Source: Shigella phage SSE1. Taken from it: a DNA stretch of 64,000 bases. A program made the translations under genes and the position numbers. Position 1 is the first letter of the stretch. The number at the start of each line of letters is the position of its first letter. The DNA lies in the sequence record MK639187. One strand, written 5' to 3'. The notes beneath the pieces are model-generated. The model saw only the letters and a list, made by a program, of their open reading frames with translations, did not search any database and had not been told where the DNA came from. This document shows positions 19,201 through 29,176 of this stretch, piece after piece.

Positions 19201-19350
19201 TAGGCTAATAATATTACCGAGGTCATCTTTAGTAAAAAGAGTTCGATCTTTTAAGTTTATCGCTAATTCGCCTTCGGCTAATTGTGCTGCAGTAGGATTA
19301 ACTCCTGCCACTTTGCTTCTTTTAAATTGTATCTGTTTTAATGTAGCCAT
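16237..19350 (-). CDS. 37: long tail fibre distal subunit gp37 (receptor-binding tip)
   Basis: 1037 aa; N-terminus [19 protein letters not shown]..., C-terminal His-rich HxH repeats and ...NYIVRLA end as in T4 gp37. Confidence 0.92.
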   Translation of the reverse strand: MATLKQIQFKRSKVAGVNPTAAQLAEGELAINLKDRTLFTKDDLGNIISLGFAKGGDINGNVTQTGDYLQNGTYNLNGNQFVYAGKYIEFLPKTTGNGAWANQHSNKAPIFTDLSSTTSVSEYHPLIKQRYKDGTFSAGTLVNEGSFKFHYIDETGTSKYWTFNRNGNFQVDSGSLLVSNGYLVTQSNIETKAGSLIGPKVITKNINVSTKSWDTNIDTAYDLVSLPTWQYTPTETDLDTNGINYLRKFRGHVSSAIFHEVADARSGKPQNISYWTGRNAEVYQWSYTTDGRMSVANSIGIGLADVGDQGRYPLVSFGKGIAIGDNDTGIKWVRDGVIDLVANGISAGTILNNGINSTKKLMVGYSRDSGSTWDYPNNNQAMFTARTDVDGNNNGDGQTHIGYSSNAKMYHYFRGTGRMSVSMGDGLLVEPGILDIKTSSNRVAIRADGTFDSTQRISMRTGLFLSGDDNTNALTFKAPTGVDGTKTINWDAGTRNGQNKNTVTIKAWGNSFNAEKGNRETVFEVSDSQGYYFYAQRTNPASGETVGPVNFKFNGTVETGHIIGLGNISASGTGSFGGNVTMSNGLFVQGGSSITGQVKIGGTADVLRIWNAEYGAIFRRSEDKLYIIPTPQNAGESGGISNLRPFYITLSTGKVSMDHDVDIGGGIFKVETSGTTAGKRITVNAASDAIRINAPTQESSNFIQGRKADVTKWYLGIGDGGNVVRMHSYTYSHGIALNSDTVDITKPLKVGNAQFGTDGNITGGTGNFANLNSTINNLKTDIVSSYPIGAPIPWPTDTPPEGYAIMEGQTFDADLYPKLAAVYPSGTLPDMRGQTIKGKPSGRAVLSTEEDGVKSHSHSASASSTDLGTKTTSSFDYGSKTTSSFDYGTKTSNTTGNHNHTVSGNTSAAGNHQHSQTGPRGPSNQPTGIFPNGATLISGSQVVGFGLSNGVVPGTSQYIAKSSTEGNHTHSWSGTTSATGNHAHTVGIGAHTHSVGIGAHSHTVAIGSHGHTITVNATGNTENTVKNVAFNYIVRLA

Positions 19351-19358
19351 AAGTCCTC

Positions 19359-20021
19359 TTAATAATAGCCGAAATCTTGAACAGAATCTTTAATTACAAT
19401 CTGGTCGAAACGAGGAACGTGATTAGCCTCAGACGCCGGATTCTGTGAGAAAAAGTTTGGTGCTGTTAAAGTACCAGTCATGGTATCGCCTTTACGCAAT
19501 ACACGGGAATTTGCGTTATCCGTAACAATATTTATTCGTCCATCAACATAGTCCTTTCTAGTAAGGTCATTCGCTGCTACAGGAGCAGTAGCGTTAGAAC
19601 GGACAGGACCAGTTGCATAAACACCACCCTTAGTGCTGATATCACCGGTACGAGAGTTAATAACAACAGTTCTACCTGCTGTTCCTTGTGATGATTTAAA
19701 TCCAACCCCATACCACGAAACGATGTCAATATTTGCTATATCAAAAGTAGCTGCGTCACCGTTACCCGGATAAATACCACATTGTTGACTACTACCTACA
19801 GTAGGAACATGTACGCCTCCATTAAATCTAACGGTCGCGGCGTAAGTACCACCATTAGCTTTAGAAACGAAATCGTTATCAGCCGCTTGTGGTTTATTAT
19901 ATTCTGAATAGAGTTTAAACGTTTTATACAGGACGTCATCACCTGCCGGCATTAAAGGGAAATTACCTTGATGCCATATAACAGCACCGCCAGTTGTACT
20001 ACCAGCTTTTAAATCGGCCAT
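19359..20021 (-). CDS. 36: long tail fibre distal connector gp36
   Basis: 220 aa between gp35 and gp37; T4 gp36 is 221 aa. Confidence 0.85.
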   Translation of the reverse strand: MADLKAGSTTGGAVIWHQGNFPLMPAGDDVLYKTFKLYSEYNKPQAADNDFVSKANGGTYAATVRFNGGVHVPTVGSSQQCGIYPGNGDAATFDIANIDIVSWYGVGFKSSQGTAGRTVVINSRTGDISTKGGVYATGPVRSNATAPVAANDLTRKDYVDGRINIVTDNANSRVLRKGDTMTGTLTAPNFFSQNPASEANHVPRFDQIVIKDSVQDFGYY

Positions 20022-20045
20022 AGTTGTCTCCTTATATGTATACCA

Positions 20046-20053
20046 TATTTATA
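20046..20053 (-). promoter_or_regulatory. late promoter TATAAATA for gene 36
   Basis: Exact TATAAATA on the - strand about 25 nt upstream of the gp36 start. Confidence 0.6.
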
Positions 20054-20078
20054 CAAAAATGGGAGACCGAAGTCTCCC
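20052..20078 (-). terminator. intrinsic terminator after gene 35
   Basis: GGGAGACTTCGGTCTCCC on the - strand followed by ATTTTTGTAT. Confidence 0.6.
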
Positions 20079-20083
20079 TAAAT

Positions 20084-21211
20084 TTATTCTGATGCTTCTT
20101 TAAATTCTTGTCCAAATACCTTACCAGTATCAGTTGAAGATTGAGTAGGTAATGTCATTATGTCTGGGGCACTTAAAGATTCTGAAACATAATTTACACG
20201 AATACCATTTATACCAAACTCAGCAGGTTTTGAAACGCTTCCATTACATGATACTTCAGTGAATATAACGTTTCTTAATCCACCTTGCCCGACTGGAGCT
20301 GTACGATAACAATAAATCGTGAACCCGTCAGCACCAGCAGGAATTTCTATGTAGTCTTCATATATCTTCCATTCACCTGCAGCCCCATCAAAGTTTATAT
20401 CCTTAAATGAAATAGGTGAAGTAGAAGGAGATTTAAAGAAACGAATAGAAAGTCGTGTCGTCCCTTGTGCTAACAAATCGACATCGGCCATTAGTTGGAA
20501 TTTCATATAAAGGAAATCTCCAGGCTTCAATTTATACCCGGCGAGAGGTGTAATAAGAGATGTTGTAGGCATCCTTTTAATTTCATTATTAGTACCTCCA
20601 ACGGCAGATAAAAATGTGTCTGACGATTCATACGTACGACTAGGGAAGCCGGTAGCACCAATATCATCGATCGTGTCGTACACAACATCAAGTGGTGTAC
20701 TATAGTCGGTTGAAGTTTTCTTATTACTATACTTAATATGTTCTAGTGCTATAGCATTCTTACCAGAAATATAAAACGCAGAATAAGAAATGTCCACTAT
20801 ATTTAAAACTTGTTGAGCTAATGGAATAGCAGAACTTCCGGCTTTATTAAACCATGTAAGAACTTCGGGTGGAAAGTTTGTTTTAGCGTTAGTAACAAGA
20901 GCAAATATAAAATTTGAAGCATATGTGTCCATGAAAGTAACAAATGCACTTGACGTGGCGTCGTTTTCAGTAGAGAAATTATATGACTTAGATTCAACTA
21001 CTGCACCTGTTGTAGGATTTATTACACGAACGTTTAATCCAACAGAAAAAACCTGGGACCCAAGTGGATTATCTTGGAACTTAATATAAGCAGGAGATGT
21101 TGATAGCGGACAAGAGCCCGCTATGCTTAATTTAAATCGTACCGAATTGCTTTCCGATAAAAATGGCGTTTGGACGTATCCTTGTCCAAACTTAGCCATA
21201 AATTTTTCCAT
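20084..21211 (-). CDS. 35: long tail fibre hinge connector gp35
   Basis: 375 aa between gp34 and gp36; T4 gp35 is 372 aa. Confidence 0.85.
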   Translation of the reverse strand: MEKFMAKFGQGYVQTPFLSESNSVRFKLSIAGSCPLSTSPAYIKFQDNPLGSQVFSVGLNVRVINPTTGAVVESKSYNFSTENDATSSAFVTFMDTYASNFIFALVTNAKTNFPPEVLTWFNKAGSSAIPLAQQVLNIVDISYSAFYISGKNAIALEHIKYSNKKTSTDYSTPLDVVYDTIDDIGATGFPSRTYESSDTFLSAVGGTNNEIKRMPTTSLITPLAGYKLKPGDFLYMKFQLMADVDLLAQGTTRLSIRFFKSPSTSPISFKDINFDGAAGEWKIYEDYIEIPAGADGFTIYCYRTAPVGQGGLRNVIFTEVSCNGSVSKPAEFGINGIRVNYVSESLSAPDIMTLPTQSSTDTGKVFGQEFKEASE

Positions 21212-21219
21212 AATACCTC

Positions 21220-24200
21220 TTATTCAATCCACTCGAATTTAACAGATTTATTCACAGGGTCTGGAATAACGCGGACATTACCAATCCTTAAGAAATCCCT
21301 TATTGTCAAGTTTCCGATTGTTGCATTATCAGAAGGTAAAGCACCAATATCAGATGGCTGAGGAGGGTTACCCCCATCAAATACTTGAACAAAACTTGAC
21401 CAAGAATTTTTAGTTTTCTGCCATGTACGAGTCCAGCGAGTGGTACGTGCTTCCGGAGTTGTTGGATAAGTAATCCAATCTTGGTAAAGCGAATCAAGTG
21501 TGTTACCAAACTGAGTCAATGTACCAGGAGATTTAACTTCTTCGCCACGTTCTAAGTATGGAAGTCCAGACACTTCATTAGTTTTTTCAACCATTTTAAA
21601 ATAACCAGGGAACTGGTTATAAGTGGCTGAATCATTAATATCAATTGACCAGAATCCTACAGTATCGGATGTTGGCGCACGAGTATATAAGTCAGATGTT
21701 TTAGTACCCTGAGAACGAATTCTAGAGTTAACAGTCAAACCATCTGAATTTATAGTAGCACCTTTGGCAATGATTAAGCCTTCACCAATCGTTACTTGGC
21801 CGGATGCATTATTAATAGCTAAAGGACGTAATCCATTAAATCCGCCAGTCTGATCGCCTGATGCAGTGAGCATAAAATAGGTATTAGCAGCGTCATTACG
21901 AATAAAGAATCCGTAATCACCACTAATTGCTCTGAAAGCATTTGCAGACTTACTAATGAATTCGCCATTAGCAGTAACTGAACGACCGAATGTTGCAACG
22001 CCATTAACATTCATCAAACCGGAAGCATTAATGTTTATTGGCATCACAGTACCATTAATGCTAAACGCTATATTCCCATCTTTATTACGTTGAGAATAAA
22101 AATGATTAGACGTTTCATCACCAACTTCAAATACAGTAGAACGTGTTGTATCTGATCCGCCACCAAACTGATTTCCCCAAACTCTGATAGTCATCGTCTG
22201 TGCTGGATTAGTTCCAGTTTGAGGTCCTTTCTCAAAAATCAGACGAGTTGCCGTTCCAGTATTAGAAATAGTTAATGTACTATTTGCCGAAACTGACCCA
22301 CCAAACGTAGCAGTACTAGATGATACAAGAGGGGCACTCAGATTAGTTTGTTTCGTTAAGGTTAGTGAACCATTAACCGTCTGTGCAATATCCCTACGAA
22401 TGAACTGAGATGAATCTATGCCATCTAATAAATTTGCGTCAGCGGCTTTTGCTTTTAATGGCAAATAGTTAGCAAGTACACGGTTTAATTCATATGGAGA
22501 TATAGCATAGCTATTTTTTTCATATGATTCTAAAGGTTGTGTTGAACCAACTGTATCATTACCAACGAATGTAATAGAACCGGATGAAGTTTTAACGAAT
22601 CCACGAATTGCCATAGTAGCAGCCCATGTTGGTTCATTCTGGACAATCCATTTTAAATTCTTAGGCGATACAGCAGTATTAGCAGAAGTTCCTGTTACAG
22701 TTTCAGCCCGAGTAGCAACCTTAATTACACCTTCAGACGTTTCAGTGGACTTAGTCCCTAAAAGCTTTTTAGGAGTAATAAGAACATCATCTAAAGTTCC
22801 TGCATTAGATTCTGCCTGAGTCGCTACTCGAAGTGTACCACGTTGTGTTTCATTTGCTTTAGAAATATCAAGAGTATAATGGTTCCACAAGGTTCCTTCT
22901 TCAATAAGTCCGGAATCAGAATTAACACTGGTACGGTCAGAAGAATCAAAATGAGTTTTAATTTTCAGTGGAGTCGAGATACGAGTATCATCAGTTCCAG
23001 TATCAAATTCAACTTGCGTAGCAAGTTCGGCTATGCCGGATAATCCTTCCGTAGCTTTCCTATCATTTAACGTCTTAGGCGTTACTGCACGTGTATAATC
23101 AGTCCCAGCATTAGTTTCTGCTTGCGTAGCAATTTCAATTAAACCAATACGTCCATCAGTAGAAGTTTTCTTATGTAGTGTTTCAGGAGTTACTACAGCA
23201 TGAGAATAACCTGCTTGAGATTGTCCAGCAATTACTTCACTATCAACAGCTAAAATTACTGCACCTTGTTGAGCATAAGTTGCTTTATATTGGTCAAGGG
23301 CTTTAGGAGAAATAGTTAACGTGGATGTGTCTTTATTATAAACATTAGTGCCTGCAGCTCCACGAGTCGCGGCAGGTGTAGCAGAAGTAGTTGATACATA
23401 TTTAACTATACCCGATAGTGTTTCAGAACCCTGACGTGCCTGCAATTTCTTAGGTGTAATAATTGTTGTGTCATCAAGACCAGCATCTGTTTCAGCCTGA
23501 GTAGCAATTTCAGCAAGACCACGACGAGTTTCGGTTGCTGTACGCTCATTTAATTTTTTAGGCGTAACAATAGTATCATCCACAAATGTTGCAGTGGAAT
23601 TCTGATTAACCTGTGCTGTTGTAGCAATTTTAGCGATACCACGTCGAGCTTCAGTTGCTGTACGATTTGCCAACGTTTCAGGAGTAATAGCCACTTCTTT
23701 AGCTGGAGTATTCTCTAAATCAGCATTTGCTTGCGCTTGAGTAGCAAGAGCAATAACACCTAAACGAGCTCGTGTAGCATCAGTTCCAGCATCAACACGT
23801 TCTACTGTAGGGACATTCTGTTGCACAACCCAATAATGAGTGTCAGAATCGGTGTCTTCAACATATGCTAATTCTAATACAGGAACATATGAAGTAGTGC
23901 CATTGAATTCTAGTTCAGTAACAGAGACCCATTGAGCATCAGGTGGATATTCAGAACGTTTAGGGAACTGAAGTAATGCGACAGAAGAAGCAATTGTATC
24001 ACCTTTGGCAGCTTTAATTTTTACTGTTTGGCCTTTACGCATGTAGTTCATTGAAATTTTAACAGTGTCACCAGTCAAAATTCCTGTAGGAAGCGTAAGG
24101 TTAATAGTTTCTGCTGTAGCGTTATTTGTACCAAAAATAAGAACTTCTTCATTTGGGCGAATATTTGAATCTGCACGGATAATACGAAGACGTGATTTCT

Positions 24201-25095
24201 GGTCGCCTTCCCATATACGCCATAAACTATTTGCAGCATCAAAAACAAAAAACGCGTCAGAAGAAGTTCTGCCTTCGACGATATGAGTCCCGACTTCGCC
24301 AATAGACGTTGTATCATCAAATGTTTTAATAATCGTATGATACAGTGGGTTTAATTTATCTAAATCAACTAGGCTGATTATATCACCATTGTTAGCATTA
24401 CGTGGAAGTGTAATGTCGATTGGTGCTGCACTAGTAAAACGAAGAACAATAAAATCGTTTGCTTGCGCTTGATATGGTGTAGCAGGTGTAACAGTGATTG
24501 ATTCTTTACCGTAATCAATGATATACATCTGCCACAAACGATTACTAAACACAAACACTAGTTGTGAACGCGGACGCGTCATTAAAACTGTACGAACTTG
24601 TTCGCCTCTAAAGTTTAAAATACTCTGCACAGACGCGTTAATCTGTACTTTAACTGCCCCGGTTCTTCCACCAATATCAGCCAAAACAATAGTGTCACCA
24701 TCAACCGGCGCATTTGGCAACGTGAAAACCATATCATTGCCGGCACCAGTGTTAACCGAAATCGATTCACCTGAAGAAAGTTGATAAGTCCCAGAAGCGA
24801 CAGTTATCCATTGTGCATCAGTACGAACTGCACGCCATTGTAAAAGGTTAAATGCCCCGGAAGGAGACACAATATCATTTATTGCTTGATATAAACGGTT
24901 GTCATAAAGAACAACAAATCCTTTGTTATATCCACGCGTAGAATCATATACTTGAACGGTGTTTTCTTGTACCAGGAAGTCAACGTTTACGCCATCAGTA
25001 CCTACTGTACGGTCGGCTAATGCTACGTTAACAATCTTGTCGCCACCGGCGTCCAGACCGTCTTCGGCTCTGAACTTACGTTTGATGTCGGCCAT
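21220..25095 (-). CDS. 34: long tail fibre proximal subunit gp34
   Basis: 1291 aa; N-terminus MADIKRKFRAEDGLDAGGDKIVNVALADRTVGTDGVNVDFL and repeated ...TATETRRG.AEIATQ... motifs as in T4 gp34 (1289 aa). Confidence 0.93.
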   Translation of the reverse strand: MADIKRKFRAEDGLDAGGDKIVNVALADRTVGTDGVNVDFLVQENTVQVYDSTRGYNKGFVVLYDNRLYQAINDIVSPSGAFNLLQWRAVRTDAQWITVASGTYQLSSGESISVNTGAGNDMVFTLPNAPVDGDTIVLADIGGRTGAVKVQINASVQSILNFRGEQVRTVLMTRPRSQLVFVFSNRLWQMYIIDYGKESITVTPATPYQAQANDFIVLRFTSAAPIDITLPRNANNGDIISLVDLDKLNPLYHTIIKTFDDTTSIGEVGTHIVEGRTSSDAFFVFDAANSLWRIWEGDQKSRLRIIRADSNIRPNEEVLIFGTNNATAETINLTLPTGILTGDTVKISMNYMRKGQTVKIKAAKGDTIASSVALLQFPKRSEYPPDAQWVSVTELEFNGTTSYVPVLELAYVEDTDSDTHYWVVQQNVPTVERVDAGTDATRARLGVIALATQAQANADLENTPAKEVAITPETLANRTATEARRGIAKIATTAQVNQNSTATFVDDTIVTPKKLNERTATETRRGLAEIATQAETDAGLDDTTIITPKKLQARQGSETLSGIVKYVSTTSATPAATRGAAGTNVYNKDTSTLTISPKALDQYKATYAQQGAVILAVDSEVIAGQSQAGYSHAVVTPETLHKKTSTDGRIGLIEIATQAETNAGTDYTRAVTPKTLNDRKATEGLSGIAELATQVEFDTGTDDTRISTPLKIKTHFDSSDRTSVNSDSGLIEEGTLWNHYTLDISKANETQRGTLRVATQAESNAGTLDDVLITPKKLLGTKSTETSEGVIKVATRAETVTGTSANTAVSPKNLKWIVQNEPTWAATMAIRGFVKTSSGSITFVGNDTVGSTQPLESYEKNSYAISPYELNRVLANYLPLKAKAADANLLDGIDSSQFIRRDIAQTVNGSLTLTKQTNLSAPLVSSSTATFGGSVSANSTLTISNTGTATRLIFEKGPQTGTNPAQTMTIRVWGNQFGGGSDTTRSTVFEVGDETSNHFYSQRNKDGNIAFSINGTVMPININASGLMNVNGVATFGRSVTANGEFISKSANAFRAISGDYGFFIRNDAANTYFMLTASGDQTGGFNGLRPLAINNASGQVTIGEGLIIAKGATINSDGLTVNSRIRSQGTKTSDLYTRAPTSDTVGFWSIDINDSATYNQFPGYFKMVEKTNEVSGLPYLERGEEVKSPGTLTQFGNTLDSLYQDWITYPTTPEARTTRWTRTWQKTKNSWSSFVQVFDGGNPPQPSDIGALPSDNATIGNLTIRDFLRIGNVRVIPDPVNKSVKFEWIE

Positions 25096-25125
25096 TCGTT
25101 TTTCCTTTATTGTTTCAATAATACT

Positions 25126-25133
25126 TATTTATA
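25126..25133 (-). promoter_or_regulatory. late promoter TATAAATA for gene 34
   Basis: Exact TATAAATA on the - strand about 30 nt upstream of the gp34 start. Confidence 0.65.
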
Positions 25134-25136
25134 CCA

Positions 25137-25165
25137 GTTTACGCTTTCAAATGAGTGTGTTACTA
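25137..25165 (+). promoter_or_regulatory. early promoter (GTTTAC, TACTAT) for rnh, divergent from the gene 34 late promoter
   Basis: GTTTAC 25137-25142, TACTAT 25160-25165, 17-bp spacing. Confidence 0.5.
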
Positions 25166-25198
25166 TAGACAAGTTGACTAACTGAACAAGAGGTTCAT

Positions 25199-26116
25199 AT
25201 GGATTTAGAAATGATGTTGGATGAAGATTACAAAGAAGGTATTGCACTTGCCGACTTTAGTAACATTGCGTTGGCAGCCGCATTAAACAACTTTGAAGAC
25301 GGTGATAAAATTACTGTTCCAATGGTTCGACATGTAATCTTGAATTCAATTCGTAAAAACGTAGTGATGTTCCGTAAGCAAGGCTATACAAAATTTGTAT
25401 TGTGTATGGATAATGCTACTTCAGGTTATTGGCGACGTGACTTTGCTTACTATTACAAGAAAAATCGTAAAACCGATCGTGAAGCTTCAAAGTGGGATTG
25501 GGAAGGATATTTTACTGCACTCCATCAAGTTGTTGATGAGATTAAGAAATACATGCCATACGTTGTAATGGATATTGACAAGTATGAAGCGGATGACCAT
25601 ATTGGTGTATTAACTAAATATTTGTCATTAGCTGGTCATAAGGTATGTATTGTTGCATCAGATGGTGACTTTACACAATTACACAAATATCCTAACGTTA
25701 AACAGTGGTCGCCACCACAGAAAAAATGGGTTAAAATTAAGAATGGTTCTGCTGAAATTGATTGCATGACTAAAATTCTTAAAGGCGACCGTAAGGACGG
25801 TGTTGCATCTGTTCGAGTTCGTGGTGACTTCTGGTTTACTCGAGTTGAAGGTGAACGAACTCCAAGCATGAAAACATCAATTATTGAAGCAATTGCTAAC
25901 GACCGTTCTCAAGCTGAAGTATTATTAAGTGCAGAAGAATATAAACGGTATCAAGAAAATTTGGTTCTCATTGATTTTGATTATATCCCTGATAATATTG
26001 CTTCAACCATTATAGAGTATTATAACTCGTATAAACAACAACCTAAAGGCAAGATTTATTCATACTTTGTAAAATCGGGTCTTTCTAAATTAACAAGTGT
26101 AATTAACGAATTCTGA
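25199..26116 (+). CDS. rnh: RNase H (5'-3' exonuclease, FEN family)
   Basis: 305 aa, same length as T4 RNase H; position between gene 34 and dsbA. Confidence 0.85.
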   Translation: MDLEMMLDEDYKEGIALADFSNIALAAALNNFEDGDKITVPMVRHVILNSIRKNVVMFRKQGYTKFVLCMDNATSGYWRRDFAYYYKKNRKTDREASKWDWEGYFTALHQVVDEIKKYMPYVVMDIDKYEADDHIGVLTKYLSLAGHKVCIVASDGDFTQLHKYPNVKQWSPPQKKWVKIKNGSAEIDCMTKILKGDRKDGVASVRVRGDFWFTRVEGERTPSMKTSIIEAIANDRSQAEVLLSAEEYKRYQENLVLIDFDYIPDNIASTIIEYYNSYKQQPKGKIYSYFVKSGLSKLTSVINEF

Positions 26117-26123
26117 GGTAAAC

Positions 26124-26393
26124 ATGGCTAAGAAAGAAGCAGTTGAATTTAATCAAGATGTGCATGGTGAAGAACTGGCTAAACTAGTCAAGGAAGCTTC
26201 CGATAACAAACTTAAAATTTCTGGTTATAATGAACTGATTAAAGACATTCGTACTCGTGCTAAAGAAGAGCTTGGCGTTGATGGAAAAATGTTTAATCGT
26301 TTGTTAGCTCTTTATCATAAAGACGCTCGTGACCAATTTGAAGCTGAAAATGAAGAGGTAGTCGAGCTTTATGACACAGTTTTCACTAAGTGA
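26124..26393 (+). CDS. dsbA: double-stranded DNA-binding protein DsbA
   Basis: 89 aa, same length and position as T4 dsbA. Confidence 0.8.
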   Translation: MAKKEAVEFNQDVHGEELAKLVKEASDNKLKISGYNELIKDIRTRAKEELGVDGKMFNRLLALYHKDARDQFEAENEEVVELYDTVFTK

Positions 26394-26709
26394 TATTAAA
26401 CCGGTTGATGAGGCCGGTTTATCTGAACAAGAATTAGCAGTAAAACATGATAAAGATGACATCGCTAAATTGCTTGACCGTCAAGAAAACGGATTCATTA
26501 TCGAATCTATGGTTGAACAATTTGGTATGTCTTATTTAGAAGCAACAACTGCTTTCTTGGAAGAAAATTCTATTCCAGAAACACAATTTGCTAAATTTAT
26601 TCCTACAGGAATTGTTGAAAAAATTACAAGCGAAGCAATTGACGAAAACATGCTTCGCCCATCAGTTGCTCGTGGTGAAAAAACTAATACGTTAGATTTC
26701 TTATTATGA
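26371..26709 (+). CDS. 33: late transcription co-activator gp33
   Basis: 112 aa; MTQFSLSDIKPVDEAGLSEQEL...RQENGFIIESMVEQFGMSYLEATTAFLEENSIPETQFAKF matches recalled T4 gp33. Confidence 0.88.
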   Translation: MTQFSLSDIKPVDEAGLSEQELAVKHDKDDIAKLLDRQENGFIIESMVEQFGMSYLEATTAFLEENSIPETQFAKFIPTGIVEKITSEAIDENMLRPSVARGEKTNTLDFLL

Positions 26710-27389
26710 AATACGTTGTGTATAAAACTACCAATAAAATAAACGGTAAAATTTATATAGGCGTACACAAAAAACATAAAGAGAAAGATTGGTATATTGG
26801 GTCTGGTCGCGCTATATTAGCGGCCAAAGCTAAATACGGGCTAAAAAATTTTTATACTGAAGTTCTTTATGAATATGATAATGACAAGGACGCCTATAAA
26901 AAAGAAGCAGAATTGGTTAATGAAGATTTTGTTTTGCGAACTGATACTTATAACCTGGTTCCAGGTGGTAAAGGTGGCCCTGGTAAAAAACAAAGTGATG
27001 AAGCTAAAAGGGCTATTTCACTTTCTAAAATAGGGAAACCTAGATCTGAAGAGACTAAGGCTAAAGTATCTAAAACCAGATTAGAAAGAAAAATACCATC
27101 CCCTAATAAGGGTAAGAAACTATCTGAAGCTCATAAATTAGCTTTGAGTAAAGTCCGAAAAGGGCGAAAAACGAATAAGCCGATGCCTGATTCAACCAAA
27201 GAAGCTCTTAGAATAGCAAATTCAAAGCCGCATTCTAAAGAAAGAACTATTAAAAAACAAAAACCTATAATTATTGATGGTATAAAATACTCATCATGCA
27301 CAGAAGTTTCAGATGTTTTTAATATTTCTGCATCTCTAGTTACGTATAGACTTAAATCTTCAAAATGGCCTGGATGGAACTATGATTAA
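26706..27389 (+). CDS. GIY-YIG homing endonuclease (Seg-like)
   Basis: 227 aa; N-terminal VVYKTTNKINGKIYIGV (GIY-YIG motif), Lys/Ser-rich NUMOD-like linker, C-terminal helix-turn-helix; overlaps gp33 stop and gp59 start. Confidence 0.8.
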   Translation: MKYVVYKTTNKINGKIYIGVHKKHKEKDWYIGSGRAILAAKAKYGLKNFYTEVLYEYDNDKDAYKKEAELVNEDFVLRTDTYNLVPGGKGGPGKKQSDEAKRAISLSKIGKPRSEETKAKVSKTRLERKIPSPNKGKKLSEAHKLALSKVRKGRKTNKPMPDSTKEALRIANSKPHSKERTIKKQKPIIIDGIKYSSCTEVSDVFNISASLVTYRLKSSKWPGWNYD

Positions 27390-28035
27390 AATACGCATGC
27401 CTCCTGACGGAGAACGTTATATTAACGGTAAATCAGTATATAAACTATACTTGATGTGCAAAAACCACTTTGGTGGTCGGTATGACGTAATCAAATATAA
27501 CTGGTGCATGCGTGTTTCGGATAATGCGTATCAAAAACGCCGAGATAAATATTTCTTTGAAAAACTAGCAGAGAAATATAAATTGAAGGAACTCACCTTG
27601 ATATTCATAAGTAACTTAGTTGCTAACCAAGATGCGTGGATTGGTGAGATATCAGACGCTGATGCATTAGTTTTCTATAGGGAATATATTGGACGTCTCA
27701 AACAAGCCAAGGAGACGTTTGCTGAAGACATACGTAACATCTACTATTTCAGTAAGAAAGTGGAAGTTAGTGCGCTTCAAGAGATATTTGATTATAATAA
27801 TAAAGTTCAGTCGAGCTACATATTTAAATTGCTACAAAGCAATATAATTTCATTTGAAACCTTCTTGTTGTTGGATTCATTCTTGAATATTATAGATAAG
27901 CATGACGAACTTACTGACAATTTAGTCTGGCAAAATTATTCTACCAAATTAAAGGCATATCGAAAAATACTTCAAATCGATGGAAATGCTGCTAAGAAAT
28001 TGTTCATAGAAACAATCAAATCATGTAAGTATTAA
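27382..28035 (+). CDS. 59: gp59 helicase loader
   Basis: 217 aa; MIKIRMPPDGERYINGKSVYKLYLM...YDVIKYNWCMRVSDNAYQKRRDKYFF matches recalled T4 gp59 (217 aa). Confidence 0.9.
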   Translation: MIKIRMPPDGERYINGKSVYKLYLMCKNHFGGRYDVIKYNWCMRVSDNAYQKRRDKYFFEKLAEKYKLKELTLIFISNLVANQDAWIGEISDADALVFYREYIGRLKQAKETFAEDIRNIYYFSKKVEVSALQEIFDYNNKVQSSYIFKLLQSNIISFETFLLLDSFLNIIDKHDELTDNLVWQNYSTKLKAYRKILQIDGNAAKKLFIETIKSCKY

Positions 28036-28064
28036 GCTTTATTTCTTGTGTGTTAAAATTACTT

Positions 28065-28072
28065 TATAAATA
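28065..28072 (+). promoter_or_regulatory. late promoter TATAAATA upstream of gene 32
   Basis: Exact TATAAATA on the + strand about 90 nt upstream of gp32. Confidence 0.5.
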
Positions 28073-28082
28073 AATCATACCA

Positions 28083-28160
28083 GCTACGAGGTATAAGTGT
28101 CGTAGCAACCAACTGTAAATAAATTAAATAATCTAAATAATCTAAATAAAGGTAAATATA
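28083..28160 (+). promoter_or_regulatory. gene 32 translational operator (leader hairpin plus A/U-rich repeats)
   Basis: GCTACG...CGTAGC stem followed by unstructured AAATAAATTAAATAATCTAAATAATCTAAATAAA run ending at the gp32 ATG, as in the T4 gp32 autoregulatory leader. Confidence 0.55.
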
Positions 28161-29063
28161 ATGTTTAAACGTAAATCTACTGCTGACCTCGCTGCTCAAA
28201 TGGCTAAACTGAACGGTAACAAAGGTTTCTCTTCAGAAGATAAAGGCGAATGGAAGCTGAAGCTAGATGCATCAGGTAATGGTCAAGCGGTAATTCGTTT
28301 CTTGCCAGCAAAAACTGATGATGCACTACCATTTGCAATTCTTGTTAACCACGGTTTCAAGAAAAATGGTAAATGGTATATTGAAAATTGCTCTTCTACA
28401 CACGGTGATTACGACTCTTGTCCTGTATGTCAGTACATTAGTAAAAATGACCTGTACAATACCAACAAAACTGAATATTCTCAACTGAAACGTAAAACTT
28501 CTTATTGGGCTAATATTCTGGTTGTTAAAGACCCTCAAGCTCCAGATAATGAAGGTAAAGTATTTAAATATCGTTTCGGTAAAAAGATTTGGGACAAAAT
28601 CAATGCAATGATTGCAGTTGATACCGAAATGGGTGAAACTCCGGTTGATGTTACTTGTCCGTTTGAAGGTGCCAACTTCGTTCTGAAAGCTAAGCAGGTT
28701 TCTGGTTTTAGCAACTATGACGAATCTAAATTCTTGGGTCAATCTGAAATTCCTCGTATTAATGATGAAGCATTCCAGAAAGAACTATATGACCAGATGG
28801 TAGACCTTACCACTTTGACGGCTAAAGACCAGTTCAAATCCTTTGAAAAATTAAATGAATCTTTCGCTAAGGTTCTTGGTACTGCCGCTCTTGGTGGTGC
28901 AGCAGCCGCAGCAGCTTCTGTTGCAGATAAAGTTGCTTCTGACCTTGACGATTTTGATAAAGACATGGAAGCCTTTAGTTCTGCAAAAACTGAAGATGAC
29001 TTCATGAGCTCTACCTCATCCTCTGATGATGGTGACCTCGATGACCTGTTAGCCGGTCTATAA
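28161..29063 (+). CDS. 32: single-stranded DNA-binding protein gp32
   Basis: 300 aa; [36 protein letters not shown]...; zinc site C..H..CPVC; acidic C-terminus; T4 gp32 is 301 aa. Confidence 0.95.
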   Translation: MFKRKSTADLAAQMAKLNGNKGFSSEDKGEWKLKLDASGNGQAVIRFLPAKTDDALPFAILVNHGFKKNGKWYIENCSSTHGDYDSCPVCQYISKNDLYNTNKTEYSQLKRKTSYWANILVVKDPQAPDNEGKVFKYRFGKKIWDKINAMIAVDTEMGETPVDVTCPFEGANFVLKAKQVSGFSNYDESKFLGQSEIPRINDEAFQKELYDQMVDLTTLTAKDQFKSFEKLNESFAKVLGTAALGGAAAAAASVADKVASDLDDFDKDMEAFSSAKTEDDFMSSTSSSDDGDLDDLLAGL

Positions 29064-29069
29064 TAAATC

Positions 29070-29091
29070 GGGAGACTTCGGTCTCCCTTTT
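29070..29091 (+). terminator. intrinsic terminator, UUCG tetraloop hairpin
   Basis: GGGAGACTTCGGTCTCCC followed by TTTT. Confidence 0.75.
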
Positions 29092-29118
29092 GAGTATCTG
29101 TAAATTGCCGAAAAAGTT

Positions 29119-29147
29119 GTTTACTTCTTCCCTGGATGTGTTAGTAT
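29119..29147 (+). promoter_or_regulatory. early promoter (GTTTAC, TAGTAT)
   Basis: 17-bp spacing, followed by the CCTATCAA element. Confidence 0.5.
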
Positions 29148-29176
29148 AGACCTATCAACAACATGAGGAAATCAAA

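Noticed and set aside
16237-25095. Numerous 60-100 aa ORFs on either strand inside the tail-fibre genes (for example 17560..17769, 17888..18118, 18048..18263, 22843..23043, 24065..24320)
   Set aside because: They lie entirely within long, well-supported gp37/gp34 reading frames, are low-complexity, and have no start context; they are frame artefacts of biased coding sequence.
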